Source: Myxococcota bacterium
GTDB taxonomy: Bacteria > Myxococcota_A > SURF-8
Direction of reading: 5' to 3'
NCBI GenBank assembly: GCA_965140415.1
Contig: OZ223209.1
Location: forward strand, 3,328,001-3,392,000
Length of the DNA: 64,000 nucleotides
A program made the position numbers and the translations under genes. A model generated the notes under the pieces. The model ran no database searches. It worked only from the letters and a program-made list of their open reading frames with translations, and was not told the DNA's origin. Positions 1 through 10,610 of the stretch are shown here, in pieces; the stretch's first letter is position 1; every line of letters begins with the position of its first letter.

Positions 1-224
1 AGCAAAAAACGATGTCGGCTTGAGTGTACCTCTTACAGAAGTGGTTTAGAACGATTGGGAGCCGGGAATGATCGGCAATATCTCCTGCAAGAACGAGTAC
101 ATCCACCTCGCCGGGATCGAGTTGATTGATCCAGATCATCATCCGGTTTACGGTTTCCAGAAACTCGAGATGAAGGTCGGAAAGGATTTGTATTCGCATT
201 AAATAGACCTGCTAAAAAGAGAAA

Positions 225-998
225 TCACATCACTCCCAGCACCCAGCCTTCAATTGTTTCCGCGATACGGCGCTCATCGTCCGTCAATTGTGGATGAAAG
301 TACGCCTCTAGGCGACCGGTACGGTCCATTTCGGATAGCCAGCGCGACACGGCATAGGCGTCGTGTTCGTGGGAATTGCGATCCTCTCGCGGATAGCGGC
401 GGCTGAACATAGATGGATAGATTTCCGCTATGACCGATTTGTTCTCCGGCGGCGTCCAACCATCAAAGGGCCAGAAATGGACCCGGTCGCCGATTTCCTT
501 TCGGATGTGTGCCAACCAGGGAATGCCCGCCCAACTCGATTTCCCCACCGCGCCGGGACCGTCAAAGCGGAAAACGCTCTTGGCGCTCGGTGTCCAGGTT
601 TCCGTGATGCGCAGTTCATCTTTTATGCCGCCTGGTGGTGGAGCACCATCAATCTCCCAAAGGAAATCAACGTAGGTATTGTGATGCGTCGGCCACAGCC
701 GCGGGAAAACATTCAGCATTTGTTTCCAGTCGCGGATGCCCTGACGCTCGTACCACGCATCTGGCAATGAGAAGCAATGGTCGATACCGACGATGATCCT
801 CTTTGAGTACAGTTGTTCCACCAGCCATTCGGCAATGACACGACGCGACCACTTCTGGGGACCGTGCGGACGGGCGTCTGGAGTTGAGACGCGCCGGGGT
901 TCATCGCCGTTGTTAGATTGGTAGACTGCCAGTCCTTTCAGGCGGCTTTCAGCCGTTTCTGCCCCGGAGTAGTCGATGCCGATGTATGAGTCGTACAT
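225..998 (-). CDS. DUF429-like predicted nuclease (RNase H-fold candidate), last gene of the mcrBC operon
   Basis: ATG at 998, 4 nt after the McrC stop; N-terminal YIGIDYSGA, later IGIDHCFSLP, EIYPS and HEHDAYA motifs. Confidence 0.55.
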   Translation of the reverse strand: MYDSYIGIDYSGAETAESRLKGLAVYQSNNGDEPRRVSTPDARPHGPQKWSRRVIAEWLVEQLYSKRIIVGIDHCFSLPDAWYERQGIRDWKQMLNVFPRLWPTHHNTYVDFLWEIDGAPPPGGIKDELRITETWTPSAKSVFRFDGPGAVGKSSWAGIPWLAHIRKEIGDRVHFWPFDGWTPPENKSVIAEIYPSMFSRRYPREDRNSHEHDAYAVSRWLSEMDRTGRLEAYFHPQLTDDERRIAETIEGWVLGVM

Positions 999-1002
999 GG
1001 TG

Positions 1003-3051
1003 TCACCCAAATTCGAGGCGTCCGTTTGACCGGTTTCGAGCAAAAAGCGTCTTCGCAAATGCGGCAATCGAACCACCAGACAATGTGGTTTTATCCATCA
1101 ACTGATAGGTCGTTCCTTCCTGCAGCCAAATCATACCTGTTGCCGTCTCCAGGCACATGCTTGGCGTGCGTTCACCAGATAGAAACCAGAAGCGATAAGC
1201 CGGGATGCCGAGCAGGTCGTCTGGCAGATGATGTTCCAAGCGGCGTTCTGCGTCCGGGAAGGATTGGAAATCTCGCCGTACCCCGCAGCCCTCATCGCCG
1301 GAGCTGTCGAAATAGCCGTTGTGGCAATCAACTCGGGAGGCAGTGGTAAGCGCCTGTATGAGGTAGGCGGCAATGAATTCGTAGACGTAAACAGCCAGTG
1401 TTGGCATTGGCGTCGGTCCATCCGGCTTGTGGCCGATCCAGCGCAAACATGCCTCCGGTAGATTCTCCCTGTTTGCGACAAGCTCCATCCAGTCCCGACG
1501 TCGGTTTAGCGTCCGGTTACCGTTCAGTGCGGAAAAGACATGGAAGCCGCCCTTGAGATTGAGATCGGCAATGTGTTGGTTGTTCCGATCATGAAGGGAT
1601 AGGCAATGATACTGCCCGCCACCGGGATAGGTTTCGATCAGCTTTAGATCAGGCCGCATTCGGAGAATCACCGCCATGGCCGAAAAGGCATGGGCCATTA
1701 GAAAGGTTGGATTACTGAAGTTGCGCCGCTGTTGCTCTTGACTCATGGCCAGAAGGTTGCGCAATGACGCACGAAGCGCTTCTCGCGCTTCTATATCTCC
1801 CAGAGGATGGCTGATGTTGACTTCTCGCACCAGGATACGGCGCGCCGAATCTTCCTCTTCACGTCTCTGATGGCGGTAGGTGGTCGCATGTGTTGTGTTG
1901 TCAGACAGCTTCGGACTTAGCGGATAAAGCAGTGTGACGCGTCCGACATCGTACTCCCGTCCATAGGCGTACATCTGGTAGATGTCGCTCTGGGATACGC
2001 CCCCATGTGGCTGACTGGAATCGAGTTCCTTCCACTTCGTGTCGATCAGTTCCGAGATCGTTCTTTCGCGGAAAACACCGATGTCGGGACACAAGCGGAA
2101 TTCACCTCTGCCGTTCCGGCGAAGTAGATGCTTCGACGCCAGCTGCGGTTCGATGGTGATGTTCGGATCATCGACGGCTGCCTTCAATTCCTCGGCAATG
2201 AAGCGTTCGAAGACGACATTCATGTCGAACATAAGCGAATAGACTTCGCGCCCGCCGGTGTCCCGCTCGCCGGACGTTGCGCCGATGATCAGCGTCGCCA
2301 GATTGAGCAGCGGCTCGAAGCGCTTCAGGTTTCGGTCGAGGGGAAGATGCTCCCCGTTCATCAATTCAACAGGCTCGTCCGCCACATCGTCGAAAAGTGC
2401 GACTAATTGAGTTGCACGGCGCGAGACGTCGTTGCTGAAGACCTGCCGCTCACAGATGCGTAAGGCTGATTTAAGGCGTCGCGAGAAACGATTGTCGGAC
2501 TCAAATTCGTCTGCCGCCGTGAAGAAACGTTCCTTGTGAACCAGGTTGTGGCGGATTTGCTCCTGGAAAAGCAGCTTGCCGCGCAGGTACGGGCGATTCT
2601 CTTCCTCCCTTACATATCGTCGAATCGGTCCTCGCGTCCATTCGCGGAACAGTTCCCGCACGTAAAGATCCATGAAGGCCGCGATCAGCGGTTTGTCCGA
2701 GCGCGCCAGAGCTGCGATGTGAGCAGGATGGACCGGCACCAGCCCGGCTGTGGCGATCATGTGCAGCAGGTTTTCCATTGCACCGCAAATGCCGTCCGGA
2801 TCATTGGGCCGGTCGATTTTCGGGACCACGTCGATGCAGGTATCGCCGACGCCGAGCGAGCCGACCCATTGTGTGGCTTTGATGCTGTCCAGTCCCAGCT
2901 TGAAGTACTCGATACCGATTCGTTTCTGATAGCGATCGATGGCGTAGGCTTCTCGGCGGCTCAGTGCGCTTGCGTCCGCACGGAAGCTGTCCGAGACGTC
3001 AATCGTCTCGTGCTCGCGGATCAGGATGCGTCGGCCTCGTCCCATCGGCAT
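1003..3051 (-). CDS. mcrC: McrC-family restriction subunit with a ~247-aa C-terminal extra domain
   Basis: VVPKI, YLRGKL, LMFDMNVVFERFI, PDI..IDTKWK and SDIYQMYAY PD-(D/E)xK motifs; directly downstream of McrB. Confidence 0.88.
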   Translation of the reverse strand: MPMGRGRRILIREHETIDVSDSFRADASALSRREAYAIDRYQKRIGIEYFKLGLDSIKATQWVGSLGVGDTCIDVVPKIDRPNDPDGICGAMENLLHMIATAGLVPVHPAHIAALARSDKPLIAAFMDLYVRELFREWTRGPIRRYVREEENRPYLRGKLLFQEQIRHNLVHKERFFTAADEFESDNRFSRRLKSALRICERQVFSNDVSRRATQLVALFDDVADEPVELMNGEHLPLDRNLKRFEPLLNLATLIIGATSGERDTGGREVYSLMFDMNVVFERFIAEELKAAVDDPNITIEPQLASKHLLRRNGRGEFRLCPDIGVFRERTISELIDTKWKELDSSQPHGGVSQSDIYQMYAYGREYDVGRVTLLYPLSPKLSDNTTHATTYRHQRREEEDSARRILVREVNISHPLGDIEAREALRASLRNLLAMSQEQQRRNFSNPTFLMAHAFSAMAVILRMRPDLKLIETYPGGGQYHCLSLHDRNNQHIADLNLKGGFHVFSALNGNRTLNRRRDWMELVANRENLPEACLRWIGHKPDGPTPMPTLAVYVYEFIAAYLIQALTTASRVDCHNGYFDSSGDEGCGVRRDFQSFPDAERRLEHHLPDDLLGIPAYRFWFLSGERTPSMCLETATGMIWLQEGTTYQLMDKTTLSGGSIAAFAKTLFARNRSNGRLEFG

Positions 3052-3057
3052 AACGGA

Positions 3058-5733
3058 CTACTCGTAGATCTTGCGCAGGCTCTCGGCCGTCAGGTTGGGA
3101 TTGACGGTGTAGATCCGCTTTGGAGCCACGTGGTTATTGGGGAAGCCGAGTTCATTGGAATCCGGAAGCGAATGCTGGATAATCGCGTTTTCGGGGTCGT
3201 TCAGAGCGGGGAGATGATCACGGTCTTTCCGATCGCTGAGGTCGTTGAAGACGAGCTGTAGCTTCTCCCAGTCCTCGTAGAAATACTCCTGCAAGAGCGG
3301 GATGATTTTATCCCGAAAGACCTTTTCCAGTTTCTCGAAAGTGTCGATGCCGATGAAGTAGGAATGCCCAATCTGGTGATCGCGGTCCAGAAGCACCGTG
3401 ATACGCCGGTTCATGGCATCCAGCAGCTTTTTGAGATCGATGGGATCGCCCTCATCCGGGGCTTCTAGGCTTCGTGTGCCGGGAACATCGTCATCTCCAA
3501 ACAGATCCGAATCCGGCATCAGTTCGACGAAGGTGAAGCGCCTTCTTAGTGCCGTGTCCATCAGGGCGATGGATCTGTCAGCTGTGTTCATGGTGCCGAT
3601 GACGTATAGGTTGTCGGGAACGCCGAACAGCGGCGCGCCGGGATTCTGACTGTGGGAATACGGCAGCTTCACACGCAGGCCACCGGTCCACTCGCCCTTA
3701 TCTGCATTCCAGGTCATGCGCTTGTTCGGCTCCAGAAGCGTAATCAGCTCGCCGAGCACCTTGGAGATGTTGGCGCGGTTGATCTCGTCAATAAAAAGCG
3801 CGTACTCATTTTCCGGGTCACGAATGGCGTCGTCCACGATCTGCTTGAAGATGCCGTCGGTCACGCGGTAGCCGATACCATTACCAGGTTCGTCTTCTTC
3901 ATCAACCACCGGTTTGATGCCCTCCACGAAGTCTTCGTAGCTGTAGGACTGGTGGAACGTAACAAGCTGATAGCGGTTTTCTGCTTTGGTAATGGGGGTA
4001 TAGCTGTCGATTTTGTGTTTGACGTCCAACAGATCCGGGGCGTCCTGCTCGATCTGTTTCTCCAAAACTGACCACTTGCCGTCTTCGCTTTTCGTGAATA
4101 TCTGAGGAAGGTTGCGTTTGGCGATCTTTACGTGAGGGCAATCCAGCTCCGTGTGCAGTTGAAGAAGACCGCGAATCGTGTGCTGAACGTTCTTCGGATC
4201 CGAGCGCAAGGAAAACGGCTGGTCCGTTCCGGACATGGAAGCATCGGCAATCGCTTCCTGGGCTTTGTTCCTTATGGCACGATCAGCGCGTGCTTTGACG
4301 TAAGGATGCTGATAAATCTGCTGAAGCGAACAATCCCCCATATCCATGATGGCCAAGGCAAGCACCTGCCACCAGGTAAGCTCCATCACCTGCTGCTCGA
4401 TGAACTTTTCCTTCGTGATCGTCTTCGTCGACGTGCGGAACTTCGGCATGTACACGTGCTGTAGCCGATAGGTCTTCCCGGTTCCCGGCGGTCCGTAGAG
4501 GATGAGGTTCAGGGGAAGATCCATTTTCTCTCCTTCGGTGGCATCGGTATTATTGGCCACGGAATCCTCCTTTGACTCCGGTAGTTCCTTCAGCAAGACT
4601 TTCAATTTCCGGCTGATCGGCTTGTTGCGATCCTCATGTTGGGCAAGGGCGTCTTGCAGAATCGCACGCGCCTGTTGATGAGTCAGCCGTCGGAAATTGA
4701 TGGGGGTCTTTGGCATTTTGAAGTCCACCGACGCGGACTCGTCGAACAAGATGGCATCATCGGCCTGGCAGGAAATCGGAGACAAGCGCGCGTTCTTCTC
4801 CGATTCTTCACCGTAGGGCTTTCCGATTGTGGCATGCGCATACAGGCCCACCACTTTCTGCTGCTTCGTGTGATAATCCGTCGAGACAAAGAACGCGATT
4901 CCGCGCCCGTGCTCGAAACTTCGCAGGCTTTGATTCTTGTTGTCCTCGCGCCAGAGGATGAAGATATCACCTTGGGCTTTCTCTCCCTTCGTCTGGAATA
5001 GCCCCGCTTCCGGCATTTCGTTGTCGGGACGAATCTGCTGACCCGAGATGCGTTGGATATCTTCCGGTGCCGGGTCGCCTTGCCAGTGATTCGAGTGCCA
5101 GGGAATCCAGATGGCCGCATGAGGATAAGGGCGAGCGGTGGGATGCCATTCGTCGATGTACCGATCTAGTGCCGGCGTCAACGTCTCGATGATCGCCTGA
5201 AGCTGACCGGTTACAGTATCCCCCCATGATTCCGCCTCTGCTTCTGTATTGGGGAACGGCGGTTGTTCGACGAAATACGGATTGTAGCGAAACCAGCGAT
5301 TCCATTTATCCTTGGTCGGTTTATCAAAAGCTACGCTTTCAGAAAGTGCGCCGAGTCCATCGGAGAGAAATTCATGGAGGTCATCGGCCAGCTCTTTCTG
5401 CTTCCGCTTGTCATCCGTAGCCTGGTGAGAAAAAAGGTCTTGGTTGCGGATGGATACACTGACGAGAAATGTTTTTGTCGGCGAAGGCATATCCAACTTG
5501 GCCGAGTTGACCAGGCAGAATCCGAGGAGGTGCGAATCAACCTCCCACCGATCTTCCTTGGTCACAAGAAACGATACGGGCTCGCTACTGTTTTTATAAT
5601 GGCCAAATGGCTTGATCGTCAGATCGAGCTTTTCACAAAGCGGTCGTATCGTATCTTTGATCCTCTTTATCTGCGGAATCAGCAGTGTTTCGATTTCATC
5701 TTTATGTATCGTTCTCATTCCATTCACCTTCAT
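3058..5733 (-). CDS. mcrB: McrB-family AAA+ GTPase with long unassigned N-terminal region
   Basis: [70 protein letters not shown]. Confidence 0.92.
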   Translation of the reverse strand: MKVNGMRTIHKDEIETLLIPQIKRIKDTIRPLCEKLDLTIKPFGHYKNSSEPVSFLVTKEDRWEVDSHLLGFCLVNSAKLDMPSPTKTFLVSVSIRNQDLFSHQATDDKRKQKELADDLHEFLSDGLGALSESVAFDKPTKDKWNRWFRYNPYFVEQPPFPNTEAEAESWGDTVTGQLQAIIETLTPALDRYIDEWHPTARPYPHAAIWIPWHSNHWQGDPAPEDIQRISGQQIRPDNEMPEAGLFQTKGEKAQGDIFILWREDNKNQSLRSFEHGRGIAFFVSTDYHTKQQKVVGLYAHATIGKPYGEESEKNARLSPISCQADDAILFDESASVDFKMPKTPINFRRLTHQQARAILQDALAQHEDRNKPISRKLKVLLKELPESKEDSVANNTDATEGEKMDLPLNLILYGPPGTGKTYRLQHVYMPKFRTSTKTITKEKFIEQQVMELTWWQVLALAIMDMGDCSLQQIYQHPYVKARADRAIRNKAQEAIADASMSGTDQPFSLRSDPKNVQHTIRGLLQLHTELDCPHVKIAKRNLPQIFTKSEDGKWSVLEKQIEQDAPDLLDVKHKIDSYTPITKAENRYQLVTFHQSYSYEDFVEGIKPVVDEEDEPGNGIGYRVTDGIFKQIVDDAIRDPENEYALFIDEINRANISKVLGELITLLEPNKRMTWNADKGEWTGGLRVKLPYSHSQNPGAPLFGVPDNLYVIGTMNTADRSIALMDTALRRRFTFVELMPDSDLFGDDDVPGTRSLEAPDEGDPIDLKKLLDAMNRRITVLLDRDHQIGHSYFIGIDTFEKLEKVFRDKIIPLLQEYFYEDWEKLQLVFNDLSDRKDRDHLPALNDPENAIIQHSLPDSNELGFPNNHVAPKRIYTVNPNLTAESLRKIYE

Positions 5734-5802
5734 CAGCGGAATTTTAACGAGGATCGTATTCCAAAGCCGCGACAGATTCCGATATTACCCGCTTTGCTAT
5801 TG

Positions 5803-8800
5803 TCAATCCCTCCTATCGGCATCCCCATCGGCGGGCGGTGTTTCCGGATGCAGGGTTCGGACCAGGCGGAAACCAACGTTGTAGTAGCGGTCGCCGGGCG
5901 AGGCGGCGTTACGGCCCGCGGACCGGCATTCCCGTGCGCCGCCGCTTAAGAAGCCGCCACGAATAACGTGGGTGGAGCCTGATGCTGGTCCCACGGGATC
6001 AGTCGCCACATCATTCTCGTAAGACTCCTGATACCAGTCCCAGGTCCATTCATGCACGTTCCCACTCATGTCGTATAAACCCCAGCGATTCGTCTCTTTC
6101 TCGCCTACTGGGTGTGCAGTTTCGTTTGAATTTCCACAATACCATCCGATCTGATCCAAATTATCGTCCAGCATGCAACCCACGTTTGTAATTGTCCCGT
6201 CGTTCCCATTACTTTGATAAATCGCCGTGTACTCACTCCCCGAACGGATTGAATACTCCCATTCCGCTTCGGTGGGCAAGCGATACCCTGCGCAGTCTTG
6301 CGGTTTGGGTACATCATTCAAAGACACCGTGCAGCTATAGGCCCCTGATAAGCACCACTCCTCCGCTCCAGAACAACCGCCACCCAATGTGCCTGAACAA
6401 TTCGTAAGTGTGAAACAGGGCGTCAAACCATTCTCCATCGATATCCAGTTCGCATAGGCCAAAGCTTCATGCCAGTTCACCCTTTCCACCGGACAGTTGT
6501 CTCCGCAATTTTCACCATCGCCATTCGGACCGAAATAGCTCGGTTTTTTCCCAAAGGCGGTGAACCACTCCCCTTGCGTCACCTCATGCGCCTGCATCTC
6601 AAAATCATAGGTCAGGGTTACTTCATGCAAGGTCTCGTCTTCGTAACGCCCCAACTCCTCCACACACGTTCCCGGATAGCCCTCCGGACAATCCACCTCA
6701 TCCGGTGAGCCCATCCAGAAGGTCCCGGCGCGGATGGAAACGAAGTCGTCGCAGGCGTCTCCGAGGCCATCGTTGTCGAAGTCTTCCTGTACCGGGTTAT
6801 AGTCGTCGGGGCAGTTATCGCAGGCCGTGCCCACACCGTCGGCATCCGGGTCGGCCTGGTCGGCGTTTTGGGTAGCCGGGCAGTTGTCGTCGCAGCTTGC
6901 CGTCTCGCCGCCGGTGCAGGGATTGTCATAGGCGGCCAGCGACCCATCCCCGTCGTCGGGGATGCCGTCGGCGTCGTAATCGAAGGGAGTCGTTCCGTCC
7001 TGGGCTGTTAAAGCGCTAAGTTCCCACGAGGCCAACGGGTAGTGTAGGAATTCATCCGGCTCTAGCGCTCGGTTCATGATGCGGACGGAGTCGATGAGGC
7101 CGTGGAACCAAGCATTCCAAATGGGACGACTTGTTCCGATGAAAATGTTGTAAGGTTCATGGCCCTCGATTGTGAAATCACAAACATTCTCTTGATCCAA
7201 GCTCTGATCGTACCAGACCGAGATGCTTCCATCGTCGTGATGCCCAACTACACTGTGCCACACTTCCGGTTCTGGGATTGATCCTATATTGTTGCCACTT
7301 GAACATCGGCCTTCATCACCCAGTGCTGTAAAAGATAAATTTCCTTCCCCACCGCCAAGATAATCAAGAAACAAATCGTAACCGAGCAGATCACGCACGC
7401 GATAATACAAAACATGCGGCTCTTCGTTCGTATTTGTGTCTGCCATTATTACAGAATCGACCGCAACCTGATTTACGGGCATCAGTGTAGAATGTTCTGG
7501 GATTTCAACATGATCGTCCACCCCATCAAATGAAAGCGCTGTTCCTTCGCGCCCGGCGACCCATTGTGGTGGTCCGTCATCGCCTAACAACGTCCCATTA
7601 TTCTTATTCGCACTTGAATCAACGGCCACCGTTCCCGCTCCCTCGTTGAAGCGCCACCAGCCCGCGTAGCCGGTGCATTCGGAAAGCAGACCGTAACAAT
7701 GCGGGTAATTACCGAGGGTGTTGTCATACAGGCCGCTCACGATGGGCAGGTGCTGGTTGGCGTCCGGGTTGGACCAGTTGAGCCAGTAGCGCATCCAGGC
7801 GAAGGGGCCGTCCGCGCCGCCGCTGACGTCTTCCGGTTCCGTATTTACCAGGAACCTCACCGTGGGCAGGCCCGGGTTGGCGCGCCGGTAGATGTATTCA
7901 GGCGACTTGGCGACGGAGTGGATGAGGACGTCGTCGATCTTGCCACTAAAACAATGACCTCCATAAGAGTTGCATCCAAACCTCAATGGAATGCCTACAG
8001 CAGAAACCTCGGTCTCATCGTTAGTAGAATTATTTGCCAGACCATCGACATATAGCTTTGCTATTGATCCATTCCACGTAACCGCAATGTGCATCCATTT
8101 TCTTAATTCAATAGACTGCTGTGATTTAAGCCTCCGTACTATTTCGGTACTCATTAACCTATGAGAAAATTCAAGTTTGCAAGAAGTATCAATTTGAATA
8201 ATAGCTCCATTGCCATAGGTGTCGTCTGGGTATGTCTTAGACATAATTCTTTGTGTTTCTGTTGTTGGACAATGTTCGGCAAACACCCAAGTCTCCCATG
8301 TTCCCTCAACAAGCAGAAAATCAGGCTCATCCGATACTTCAATATATTTGTCATCGTCTGAACGAATCGCCCCATCGTAATCTCCAAATCTTCCGATGGA
8401 CGTAATCGCACCATTGTTCGTCCCATCATGCCCGTTTCCGCTAGCATCCTCAGCATTGCCATCCAGTTTCCAATACCCCACCACGCCGCACAGATCCTCC
8501 CGGTCGGCGATGTGGGGGATGTCGGCTACGGGGGTTGCGTCGTATTCGGCCGGGCAGGGCGTGTCCGAGTGCGGGCGCGGACCGAGAATTTCGTGGGGAA
8601 TGAGGTGCTCGGTGGTCGCGCCGTCCACCTGAGCGCTGGTTTGTGTGACGCGGATGTCGTCAAAGTCGTCCTGCGCACCGGGGGTCATCTTCGTGCTGTA
8701 GGGCGCGCGGGAGTCGTAGTATGCCCTGATTTCGTCTGGGGACAGGGCACGGTTGAAGAGGAGGACTTCATCTATATGGCCGTGAAAATAAGTGGTAGCT

Positions 8801-10608
8801 TCTGGAATTGGGCCGCCATTGGGATTGCCGCCTATAAGCAATGGCATTTGATTGTAGGTAATTGTTCCCTGGCATGAAACAGAACTCCTGAGGTTACCGT
8901 TGATATAGATTTTCAGAAATGCATTATCAAAGGTTATTGATACATTGAACCATTGGTCTAAAGAAATCATTTCAGAGGAGGTGGCACCAATGTTGTTCTC
9001 GCCAATGCGAAGAATTGCCAGGAGTTTGTTTTCGGAATCAACAGACAAGCCAAAGCCGGAACCTTGTTGACAACTCAGTATCGTATCACTGTTGTTGGTT
9101 CCTGAAACCGGGTAGACCCAGACTGTTGCAGTGAACTCTTGAGGTTCCAATGCAGGATTTGTATCTATTGTAATGAATGTGCTATTCCCATCAAATTCGA
9201 TGGAACCATTTGAATCACCAAATGCCCCATCTACATTGTTTAAAGTCCCATTGCATATCCCATCATTCCCATTCCCCGAATAATCAAGCGCCTGCCCGTT
9301 GTCCAGCTTCCAGTAACCCACCACCGAATCGTCCAGTATCCCGTTGACCAGCGGAATTTCGATGGGCTCATGGGTTCGTTGCCAGGTCGACAAACCACTT
9401 GTACTTTCCGTGTCTTCAGTTCCCACATCGGCATCGCCATCGGCGGCTTGCTCATCTTCCGGCTGATAAAGGGCAATCTCCCGCTTTCCGCCATATACTG
9501 TGCTGTGGTCCGCCCAGATTTCGCAGGCACTCGGGGCGTTGTCGGGGTTCCATACCGTCGGGCAGGTGTCGTGTTCGATTAGAACGCAATCAGGCGCGAA
9601 GCAAACGCCGTCGTGGTCGTCGTCCGGCTCGATGGGCGCACACCAGAAATCCCCATGCCCGGCCTCGAACCAGCCTTCGGCGCACTGCCCGCATTGATTG
9701 CCAGCGTACCCATCGTCGCAGTCGCAGGAACCATCGGCCGGATCGCAATCGCCGTAGCCGGAGCAAATTTCAAGGGTGGTGTACAGGCATTCGCCCATCG
9801 CACAGAAATCGAGTAAGGTGCAGGCATTATCGTCTGTACAGGACTGTTCATCATCGTTCTGGTCCGTACAGACGTTTTGTTCACAAGCCAGAACGGTGCA
9901 GGGCTTGTCGTCTTCGGCATAATCGCCGCAGCCCGCCACGTCGAAGCAGTCCTGGCAAATACCGGAGGCGCACTGGTCGGCATTGTTCTCGCCGCAGACG
10001 GTTCCATTGACTACCGGATTGGAATTCGCGCACTGGCCACCATTGCATTGGCCTATAGTCAAACAGGGTTCGAGTTCGTTGCAATCCGTGCCGTTATCCA
10101 CGTTGCGCCAGGCTTCGGGCTTGTTGAGCGGATCACAGTAGTGGCAGCTATTTCCACGCTGCGTTTCGTTTTCGTCGTAGCAGACGCCGCCGATCAGGCA
10201 ATGCCAGCGGTCGCGCTCGTGCTCGCAGCGGCCCGAGCGGCAACGGTCGTCCGTACAGGAGAGTCCATCTTCTGGGCAGGCCTCGCCCTCATTGATGGGC
10301 TGGCCGTCCGGATTGCAACAAACCGACTCCGCCGGGTTGCAGAGGATGGTTTCGGAGTCGCCGTCGGTTGTGATGTCGTAGTCGGCTTCTTCGTCGCCGT
10401 CAATGGGTGTATCGCCGTCGCTTCCGTCGCCATCAGCGATGGCCTCTTCGTCTCCGTCTGGATGGGTGTCCATGTCGGCATCGCCGTCCGTGACGGGTGT
10501 GTCGCTATCGCCATCGGTTTGACCGGCAGGCTCTTCCCACTCGAACCAGTTGCAGGCGGAGAGGAAGATGGCACAGATAGAAATAATGATCGCTACTCGA
10601 ATGCTCAT
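5803..10608 (-). CDS. Giant lipoprotein: DGD-rich linker, Cys-rich/EGF-like repeats, 3 LamG-like domains, thrombospondin type-3-like repeats, C-terminal FGE-sulfatase (C-type lectin fold) domain
   Basis: Lipobox LSAC; GYWKLD...GxIDxV LamG frames; DNCP..N..Q.D.D.DG.G.ACD; FWMGS, RLPTEAEWEY, DMSGNV.EW, RGG, GFRLVR. Confidence 0.88.
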   Translation of the reverse strand: MSIRVAIIISICAIFLSACNWFEWEEPAGQTDGDSDTPVTDGDADMDTHPDGDEEAIADGDGSDGDTPIDGDEEADYDITTDGDSETILCNPAESVCCNPDGQPINEGEACPEDGLSCTDDRCRSGRCEHERDRWHCLIGGVCYDENETQRGNSCHYCDPLNKPEAWRNVDNGTDCNELEPCLTIGQCNGGQCANSNPVVNGTVCGENNADQCASGICQDCFDVAGCGDYAEDDKPCTVLACEQNVCTDQNDDEQSCTDDNACTLLDFCAMGECLYTTLEICSGYGDCDPADGSCDCDDGYAGNQCGQCAEGWFEAGHGDFWCAPIEPDDDHDGVCFAPDCVLIEHDTCPTVWNPDNAPSACEIWADHSTVYGGKREIALYQPEDEQAADGDADVGTEDTESTSGLSTWQRTHEPIEIPLVNGILDDSVVGYWKLDNGQALDYSGNGNDGICNGTLNNVDGAFGDSNGSIEFDGNSTFITIDTNPALEPQEFTATVWVYPVSGTNNSDTILSCQQGSGFGLSVDSENKLLAILRIGENNIGATSSEMISLDQWFNVSITFDNAFLKIYINGNLRSSVSCQGTITYNQMPLLIGGNPNGGPIPEATTYFHGHIDEVLLFNRALSPDEIRAYYDSRAPYSTKMTPGAQDDFDDIRVTQTSAQVDGATTEHLIPHEILGPRPHSDTPCPAEYDATPVADIPHIADREDLCGVVGYWKLDGNAEDASGNGHDGTNNGAITSIGRFGDYDGAIRSDDDKYIEVSDEPDFLLVEGTWETWVFAEHCPTTETQRIMSKTYPDDTYGNGAIIQIDTSCKLEFSHRLMSTEIVRRLKSQQSIELRKWMHIAVTWNGSIAKLYVDGLANNSTNDETEVSAVGIPLRFGCNSYGGHCFSGKIDDVLIHSVAKSPEYIYRRANPGLPTVRFLVNTEPEDVSGGADGPFAWMRYWLNWSNPDANQHLPIVSGLYDNTLGNYPHCYGLLSECTGYAGWWRFNEGAGTVAVDSSANKNNGTLLGDDGPPQWVAGREGTALSFDGVDDHVEIPEHSTLMPVNQVAVDSVIMADTNTNEEPHVLYYRVRDLLGYDLFLDYLGGGEGNLSFTALGDEGRCSSGNNIGSIPEPEVWHSVVGHHDDGSISVWYDQSLDQENVCDFTIEGHEPYNIFIGTSRPIWNAWFHGLIDSVRIMNRALEPDEFLHYPLASWELSALTAQDGTTPFDYDADGIPDDGDGSLAAYDNPCTGGETASCDDNCPATQNADQADPDADGVGTACDNCPDDYNPVQEDFDNDGLGDACDDFVSIRAGTFWMGSPDEVDCPEGYPGTCVEELGRYEDETLHEVTLTYDFEMQAHEVTQGEWFTAFGKKPSYFGPNGDGENCGDNCPVERVNWHEALAYANWISMENGLTPCFTLTNCSGTLGGGCSGAEEWCLSGAYSCTVSLNDVPKPQDCAGYRLPTEAEWEYSIRSGSEYTAIYQSNGNDGTITNVGCMLDDNLDQIGWYCGNSNETAHPVGEKETNRWGLYDMSGNVHEWTWDWYQESYENDVATDPVGPASGSTHVIRGGFLSGGARECRSAGRNAASPGDRYYNVGFRLVRTLHPETPPADGDADRRD

Positions 10609-10610
10609 CG

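Noticed and set aside
2-202. Plus-strand frame with an internal TAG at 47-49 ending at TAA 200-202
   Set aside because: Too short and cut by the window edge to call a gene or readthrough
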